Assembly (NCBI RefSeq): GCF_003018255.1
Contig: NZ_CP027440.1
Direction: 5' to 3' (one strand)
Length of the DNA: 64,000 bases
Origin: Escherichia coli
Lineage (GTDB): Bacteria > Pseudomonadota > Gammaproteobacteria > Enterobacterales > Enterobacteriaceae
Position numbers and translations under genes: made by a program. The first letter of the stretch is position 1. Each line of letters opens with the position of its first letter. Below, piece by piece: positions 58,137-64,000 of the stretch. Below the pieces are notes generated by a model that was given only the letters and a program-made list of their open reading frames with translations, was not told the origin of the DNA and did not search any database.

Positions 58137-59105
58137 TTATGCGAGAACCAAATCCCCCTGCGGATGGCAGGAGCAGGCCAGTACGTAACCTTCAGCGATT
58201 TCGGCGTCGGTCAGCGTCATTGTGCTGCTCACCGTATATTCACCGGAAACCACTTTCGTCTTACAGCAGCCGCAAACACCTGCGCGGCAGGCGGCGACAA
58301 CCGGAACGTTATTGCTTTCCAGCGCCTCCAGTAGCGTGGTGCCAACCGGGGCGTAAAATTCTCGTGCCGGTTGCAGTTTGGTGAATTTCAGACCGCTGGT
58401 CGCCGCTTCCGCTACTGGGGTGAAGAATTTCTCTTTAAAGAAACGCGTCACGCCGAGCGCTTTCACTTCCTGCTCTACCCAATCCATATATGGAGCAGGG
58501 CCACAGGTCATCACGGTACGTGAGGCTAAATCAGGGACACCTGCCAGCAGTTCGCGAGTGAGACGACCAGCGATAAAGCCTTCGGTAACGTTATTTTCCG
58601 CCACCAGCGTTACCGGATAGTTACGCCACTCATCGGCGAAAATCACATCCTGCGGCGTACGCACGTTGTAGATCACCTGCACATCGGCCTGTGGACGGTT
58701 CTTCGCCAGCCAGCGACGCATCGACATAATCGGCGTAACGCCGCAGCCTGCCGCCAGCAACAGGAATTTATCTTCTGCTTTATCATCGCAGGTAAATTCC
58801 CCCATCGCGTCCGAAAGCCAGAGATAATCACCGCGTTTTACATCGCGCGTCAGCCACCGGGAGCCGACACCGTCATCAATCCGCCGCACAGTCAGGGTGA
58901 TGTATTCACTCACGCCTGGCGTGGAGGAAATGGTGTAAGCACGCAGCGTTTCCGCTGAGTTACGCACGCTGACCAGTGCATATTGCCCGGCGCGATATGG
59001 GTAGTAATCGTGGCAAATCAGGGAAATCGTCCACACATCCGGCGTTTCTTGCGTAATGTGATGAACCTGCATCCGCCACGGGCATTGATTCGTTGGCATC
59101 GTCAT
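58137..59105 (-). CDS. hcr: NADH oxidoreductase for the hybrid-cluster protein (FNR-like FAD/NAD domains plus 2Fe-2S)
   Basis: About 322-aa ORF; C-terminal 2Fe-2S Cys motif (CRAGVCGCC...C); start may be 59105 or 59111. Confidence 0.85.
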   Translation of the reverse strand: MTMPTNQCPWRMQVHHITQETPDVWTISLICHDYYPYRAGQYALVSVRNSAETLRAYTISSTPGVSEYITLTVRRIDDGVGSRWLTRDVKRGDYLWLSDAMGEFTCDDKAEDKFLLLAAGCGVTPIMSMRRWLAKNRPQADVQVIYNVRTPQDVIFADEWRNYPVTLVAENNVTEGFIAGRLTRELLAGVPDLASRTVMTCGPAPYMDWVEQEVKALGVTRFFKEKFFTPVAEAATSGLKFTKLQPAREFYAPVGTTLLEALESNNVPVVAACRAGVCGCCKTKVVSGEYTVSSTMTLTDAEIAEGYVLACSCHPQGDLVLA

Positions 59106-59116
59106 CGACAAACTCC

Positions 59117-60769
59117 TTACGCGCTCAACAGTTGCTTCATGTCTTCTTCAACAGTGGTGATAGAACGCAGGCCGAATTTCTCGTTCAGCACCGCCAGCAG
59201 GTCTGGTGTCAGGAAACCAGGTGCAGTCGGGCCGGTGACGATATTTTTCACACCCAGAGAAAGCAGCGTCAGCAGAATGACAATCGCTTTCTGTTCAAAC
59301 CAGGAGAGCACCAGCGACAGCGGCAGATCGTTGACTCCGCAGCCCAGTTTCTCTGCCAGCGTTACCGCCAGAATAATTGCTGAGTAAGCATCGTTACACT
59401 GACCAGCATCTACCAGACGCGGCAGACCTTCGATATCGCCAAACTCAAGTTTATTAAAGCGATATTTACCGCAAGCGAGGGTCAGGATCAGGCAGTCATC
59501 CGGCACGCTGGTGGCGAAATCGGTGAAGTAGTGACGCTCGCCGCGTGCGCCGTCACAGCCGCCAAGCAGGAAGATATGACGCAGTTTTTCACGGCTCACC
59601 AGATCAATCAGCGTATCGGCTGCGCCAAGCAGTGTCTGGCGACCAAAGCCCACGGTGATCAGGTGCGGAATTTCGCTGTACGGGAAGCCCGCCATCTGTT
59701 GCGCCTGGGCGATGACCGCAGAGAAATCTTCGCCATCCAGATGACGCACACCCGGCCAGCCAACGATGCTGCGGGTCCAGATACGATCGTCATAAGCGCC
59801 TACGGTTGGGTCGATGATGCAGTTCGAGGTCATCACGATGGGGCCAGGGAAACGAGCGAACTCCACTTGCTGATTCTGCCAGCCGCTGCCGTAGTTACCG
59901 ACCAGATGCTTGAATTTACGCAGCTCCGGGTAGCCATGCGCAGGCAGCATTTCACCGTGGGTGTAGACATTAACGCCCGTGCCTTCGGTCTGTTCCAGCA
60001 GGTTGTAGAGATCTTTGAGATCGTGACCGGAAATCAGAATGCATTTACCTGCCGTCGCTTTGACGTTGACCTGGGTTGGGGTCGGGTGACCGTATTTACT
60101 GGTTTCGCCTGCATCCAGAATGCTCATCACTTTGAAGTTCATCTGGCCGATTTCCATTGAACACTCAAGAAGCGCGTTCATATCGGCAGGCCAGGTCCCC
60201 AGCCACGCCATGATTTTATGGTACTGGGCATAAATATCGTTGTCGTATTGACCGAGAACATGCGCGTGTTCCATATAGGCCGCCGCACCTTTCAGGCCAT
60301 ACAGGCACAGTAGACGCAGGCCGAGAATGTTTTCGCCAATCGCCGCTTTATCTTTGTTAGGGGTAAATTCTGCTGCCTGACGTTGCAGCTCGCCGAGATC
60401 GTCGCTCACCAGTTGCAGGTCAGCCATCGGGTTATCGACGCGGGCGTTGGCATCTACAGCCAGGCATTGTGCTTTCAGCGCCTCGCGCAGGGCAATCGCT
60501 TCACGAGCGTAGCCGACAATACGCGGAGAATCGAAGTTAACGTTGGTCAGGGTTGAGAAAAAGGCACGTGGCGCAAAGCTGTCTACATCGTGGTTGATGA
60601 TGCCGTATTCACGTGCTTTCACTGCCCAGGCCGAAAGCCCTTGCAGCGCCGCGATGAGTAAATCCTGAAGGTCAGAGGTTTCCGCCGTTTTACCACACAT
60701 CCCCTGCGCGTATGAGCAGCCGTTTCCTGCCGGAGTACGGATAGTTTGTTCACATTGCACACAAAACAT
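59117..60769 (-). CDS. hcp: Hybrid-cluster protein (hydroxylamine reductase)
   Basis: N-terminal Cys cluster MFCVQCEQT...C; 550 aa. Confidence 0.9.
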   Translation of the reverse strand: MFCVQCEQTIRTPAGNGCSYAQGMCGKTAETSDLQDLLIAALQGLSAWAVKAREYGIINHDVDSFAPRAFFSTLTNVNFDSPRIVGYAREAIALREALKAQCLAVDANARVDNPMADLQLVSDDLGELQRQAAEFTPNKDKAAIGENILGLRLLCLYGLKGAAAYMEHAHVLGQYDNDIYAQYHKIMAWLGTWPADMNALLECSMEIGQMNFKVMSILDAGETSKYGHPTPTQVNVKATAGKCILISGHDLKDLYNLLEQTEGTGVNVYTHGEMLPAHGYPELRKFKHLVGNYGSGWQNQQVEFARFPGPIVMTSNCIIDPTVGAYDDRIWTRSIVGWPGVRHLDGEDFSAVIAQAQQMAGFPYSEIPHLITVGFGRQTLLGAADTLIDLVSREKLRHIFLLGGCDGARGERHYFTDFATSVPDDCLILTLACGKYRFNKLEFGDIEGLPRLVDAGQCNDAYSAIILAVTLAEKLGCGVNDLPLSLVLSWFEQKAIVILLTLLSLGVKNIVTGPTAPGFLTPDLLAVLNEKFGLRSITTVEEDMKQLLSA

Positions 60770-60783
60770 GATCACACCTTTTA

Positions 60784-60826
60784 AAGTTATATTTAATATA
60801 CATGTTTAAGGTTAAGACGCTTAACG
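60784..60826. promoter_or_regulatory. Palindromic elements in the hcp promoter region (NsrR-like AT-rich inverted repeat plus GTTAAG-acg-CTTAAC)
   Basis: Minus-strand AACATGTATATTAAATATAACTT resembles the NsrR consensus; adjacent perfect 6-3-6 palindrome. Confidence 0.4.
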
Positions 60827-60912
60827 CGGGGATAAAAGAGATTTTTAATGCAACTTTAAGGGAGATTGATTTAGCGCAATTTTGGCGGCAGAGATCTACC
60901 GCCAGAGAGGTA

Positions 60913-61812
60913 TTATGCAGAGAAAAAGGCGATGAGAATCGGCACTAACAGACTAAGAATAAAACCGTGAACAATCGCCGCCGGGACCATATCCAGCCCG
61001 CCTGTACGTTGAAGAACGGGCAGGGTGAAATCCATCGACGTCGCACCGCATAAGCCCAGTGCAGTAGAGCGGCTACGGCGAATCAGCCCAGGGATTAACA
61101 TAATAGCAATCAGCTCACGGGCCAGATCATTAAAAAACGCCGCGCTCCCGATTACCGGACCAAAAGATTCGGTCAATAAAATACCGGAAAGAGAATACCA
61201 GCCGAAACCGGAGGCCATTGCCAGCGCGGTATTGATGGGAAGATCAAGAATAAAGGCGTTAATTAAACCACCAATTAATGAACTGGCAACCACCACCACG
61301 GCGACAATCATTCCCCGGCGATTAAGGACAATCTGCTTTAAGGTCATGCCATTATTGCGCAACTGAATACCGACGAGGAAAAGTAGCAGAATTAAGGTGT
61401 ATTCACTGGCTTCGGTCGCGTGTTGTAAGAAAGCCAGTCCACTCAGACCAATGGCAAAACCAATCACTACTACGCCGCACAGTTTTAGCGACTCCAGCGC
61501 CATCGCAATACGCGACGGGAGTTTTTCTTGATGATGGTGGTTGCGCCATGGCAGGCCGCGCTCCAGCCACATCAGGGCGGCAATATTACACAGTAAAATA
61601 ACGGTAATACTGACGGCAGAATAATGCAGAATTGCCAACAAGTTACTGGCGAGGTTATCGAGAAACGCCAGACTGATACCCATAAAAAAGAGAATAAGGT
61701 AAACCATCCAACTTAATAGCTGATTAATAACTCTTAATGCAGCTTTTTGGCGAAGCGGAATGAGGTAACCCACAATCAGGGGAACCAGAATGATTAACAG
61801 CCCAGAAAACAT
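60913..61812 (-). CDS. ybjE: Inner membrane exporter (LysO-type)
   Basis: About 299-aa multi-TM ORF (start MFSGLLIILVPLIVGYL). Confidence 0.8.
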   Translation of the reverse strand: MFSGLLIILVPLIVGYLIPLRQKAALRVINQLLSWMVYLILFFMGISLAFLDNLASNLLAILHYSAVSITVILLCNIAALMWLERGLPWRNHHHQEKLPSRIAMALESLKLCGVVVIGFAIGLSGLAFLQHATEASEYTLILLLFLVGIQLRNNGMTLKQIVLNRRGMIVAVVVVASSLIGGLINAFILDLPINTALAMASGFGWYSLSGILLTESFGPVIGSAAFFNDLARELIAIMLIPGLIRRSRSTALGLCGATSMDFTLPVLQRTGGLDMVPAAIVHGFILSLLVPILIAFFSA

Positions 61813-62132
61813 GAAAAACCAGTCCTTGCAAAGAAGATTCGAAATGCGCGATGACACACTACTGAAAGCGGAAGGACGAGTAAAGTTGCAATTAAAAGGA
61901 AATGTTATGCATCAGAGGGGGATTTTTAATTCTATATGAGTGTTTAGCATTGTTGCGCTCCTTTCATGTGCAATGCCATATAAAGCCACTGGCGCAGGGA
62001 GCGGCCAGTTGCCGCCGCTCCCTGCCCCCCCGGCCTTCGGGGAACGCCTCGGCGATTTTAACGCCACCAACACCCGTGCGGTTTGTAACGTCGAAGATAA
62101 AACCACCAGGGCAGACAACATGCCAATGCTAA

Positions 62133-62828
62133 TTAATCGCGTTTTTCCAGTAGAGTCCGGTAAATCAGACCACCGATAATACCGCCGACAATTGGCACCA
62201 CCCAGAAGAACCACAGTTGTTCTAATGCCCAGCCGCCCTGGAAGATAGCAACCGCAGTACTGCGCGCCGGGTTAACGGAAGTGTTAGTCACCGGAATACT
62301 GATTAAGTGAATCAGGGTTAAGGCCAGACCAATGGCAATTGGCGCAAAACCAGCAGGAGCGAATTTGTCAGTTGCGCCGTGGATCACCAACAGGAAACCT
62401 GCACTCAATACCAGTTCAACTACCAGCGCGGAAAGCATGGAATAACCGCCTGGTGAATGCTCGCCATAACCGTTAGAAGCAAAACCGCTGGCTGCCGCGT
62501 CAAAACCCGTTTTACCACTGGCAATTAAATACAGCAGCGCCGCCGCAACAATACCGCCGACAACCTGGGCAATTACGTAGCCAACGACTTCTTTTGCCGG
62601 GAAACGTCCGCCAGCCCATAAACCAATAGTGACCGCCGGGTTAAAATGACCACCAGAAATATGACCAACAGCAAAGGCCATTGTCAGAACGGTCAGACCG
62701 AACGCCAACGCCACGCCGGCAAAACCAATGCCTAATTCCGGGAAGCCTGCGGCCAGTACGGCACTACCACAGCCGCCAAAAACAAGCCAGAAAGTACCAA
62801 AACATTCAGCTGCTAATTTTCTGAACAT
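62133..62828 (-). CDS. aqpZ: Aquaporin Z
   Basis: [19 protein letters not shown] with two NPA motifs (HFNPAVT, NPARS); 231 aa. Confidence 0.9.
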   Translation of the reverse strand: MFRKLAAECFGTFWLVFGGCGSAVLAAGFPELGIGFAGVALAFGLTVLTMAFAVGHISGGHFNPAVTIGLWAGGRFPAKEVVGYVIAQVVGGIVAAALLYLIASGKTGFDAAASGFASNGYGEHSPGGYSMLSALVVELVLSAGFLLVIHGATDKFAPAGFAPIAIGLALTLIHLISIPVTNTSVNPARSTAVAIFQGGWALEQLWFFWVVPIVGGIIGGLIYRTLLEKRD

Positions 62829-63253
62829 ATCCACCTCAATTAAAAATTGACCCTGTGAAAAATATGGTCGTTTTATAGGGTCGTCGTAAAAAAGTGACGA
62901 CGGAAATAATGCGCGGCTATTTTAAAAACGAAGGCAAGTCATTCACCAGATAAATAAATCCAGTAAATTTGATTTAAGGCAACAGCGGGTTGCCCCATAT
63001 AGTCATTTGTCTGATTGACAGTGTAGTGCAAGCGAAAGATTTAATCCTTTAGGCGTAATAAAAAATAATTTATCATGCTAATTATTTGATTTTGTTGTTT
63101 TTGCAGACTTATCAGCAAGAGGGAGTATAACGCGATTATTCGCTCATTTTTCAGACATTTGCCATGCTTAAATGTGATGTCATCACGTATTAGCATGGCC
63201 TTTCCCGTTATACTGCCAGCGTAAAGGATAAGTCACATATTTCTGGAGGGGAT

Positions 63254-64000
63254 ATGATTCTTGAGCGCGTTGAAATTGTGGGTTTTCGCGGTATCAACCG
63301 TTTGTCGTTGATGCTGGAACAAAACAACGTCCTGATTGGGGAGAACGCGTGGGGTAAATCCAGCTTGCTGGACGCCTTAACCCTGCTGCTATCGCCAGAA
63401 TCAGATCTCTACCATTTTGAGCGCGACGATTTCTGGTTCCCGCCGGGAGATATCAACGGGCGAGAACATCATCTGCATATTATTTTGACCTTCCGCGAAT
63501 CGCTGCCAGGCCGACATCGGGTTCGCCGCTATCGGCCGCTGGAAGCGTGCTGGACGCCATGCACCGATGGTTATCACCGTATTTTTTATCGTCTGGAAGG
63601 GGAGAGTGCGGAAGACGGCAGCGTGATGACACTGCGCAGTTTTCTCGATAAAGACGGACATCCGATTGATGTTGAGGATATTAACGATCAGGCTCGTCAT
63701 CTGGTGCGTTTAATGCCGGTGCTGCGCTTGCGTGATGCCCGTTTTATGCGCCGTATTCGTAACGGCACGGTGCCAAATGTCCCCAATGTGGAAGTCACCG
63801 CGCGCCAGCTCGATTTCCTCGCCCGTGAATTATCCTCACATCCGCAAAATCTCTCTGATGGGCAGATTCGTCAGGGACTTTCCGCAATGGTGCAACTTCT
63901 TGAGCATTATTTTTCTGAGCAGGGAGCTGGACAGGCGCGATATCGTTTAATGCGGCGGCGAGCCAGCAATGAGCAACGAAGCTGGCGCTATCTGGATATC
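63254..64000 (+). CDS. ybjD: OLD-family ATP-dependent endonuclease-like protein (AAA ATPase N-terminus), 3' end outside the window
   Basis: GGAGGG Shine-Dalgarno; MILERVEIVGFRGINRL...GENAWGKSSLLDAL (Walker A); frame open to the window end; not listed in the ORF track because no stop lies inside the window. Confidence 0.8.
   Translation, partial: MILERVEIVGFRGINRLSLMLEQNNVLIGENAWGKSSLLDALTLLLSPESDLYHFERDDFWFPPGDINGREHHLHIILTFRESLPGRHRVRRYRPLEACWTPCTDGYHRIFYRLEGESAEDGSVMTLRSFLDKDGHPIDVEDINDQARHLVRLMPVLRLRDARFMRRIRNGTVPNVPNVEVTARQLDFLARELSSHPQNLSDGQIRQGLSAMVQLLEHYFSEQGAGQARYRLMRRRASNEQRSWRYLDI

Noticed and set aside
59531-60160. 209-aa plus-strand ORF
   Set aside because: Antisense inside hcp.
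1-64000. CRISPR arrays, rRNA or tRNA genes
   Set aside because: No regularly spaced direct repeats, no tRNA cloverleaf candidates and no rRNA-like sequence were recognised in this window.

Overview
The window reads as an Escherichia coli K-12-like core chromosome segment running ybiR (5' truncated) through ybjD (3' truncated): ldtB, ybiT, ybiU, ybiV, ybiW-ybiY, fsaA, moeBA, iaaA-gsiABCD, pdeI(yliE)-dgcI(yliF), rimO, bssR, yliI, gstB, dacC, deoR, ybjG, mdfA, ybjH-I-J, rcdA, the sRNA RybB, ybjL, ybjM, grxA, ybjC-nfsA-rimK-ybjN, potFGHI, ybjO, rlmC, artJ, artPIQM, ybjP, ybjQ-amiD, ybjS, ybjT-ltaE-poxB, hcp-hcr, ybjE, aqpZ and ybjD. Gene identities come from recognising the translated ORFs and their motifs; start codons were refined against the ORF track, and hand-located motifs may be off by 1-3 nt. 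The one stretch that does not fit the core layout as I remember it is about 1 kb between dgcI and rimO (22901-23900). It carries a compact, AT-rich, minus-strand two-gene cassette: a 128-aa RelE/ParE-superfamily-like toxin candidate followed, with an 11-nt overlap, by a 109-aa HTH antitoxin/regulator candidate. The cassette has its own sigma70-like promoter overlapped by a 26-bp palindromic operator, and a 28-bp perfect stem-loop at its distal edge. I consider it the best candidate for an accessory toxin-antitoxin or defence-type module. Other observations: a 14-16 bp palindrome (ACTTTCGAATGAAAGT) recurring three times in the ybiU-ybiV-ybiW-ybiY-fsaA neighbourhood, RybB (missed by the ORF track), REP/BIME elements, several intrinsic terminators, and candidate ArgR and NsrR-type sites. 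No CRISPR array, IS element, integrase, tRNA or rRNA was seen.
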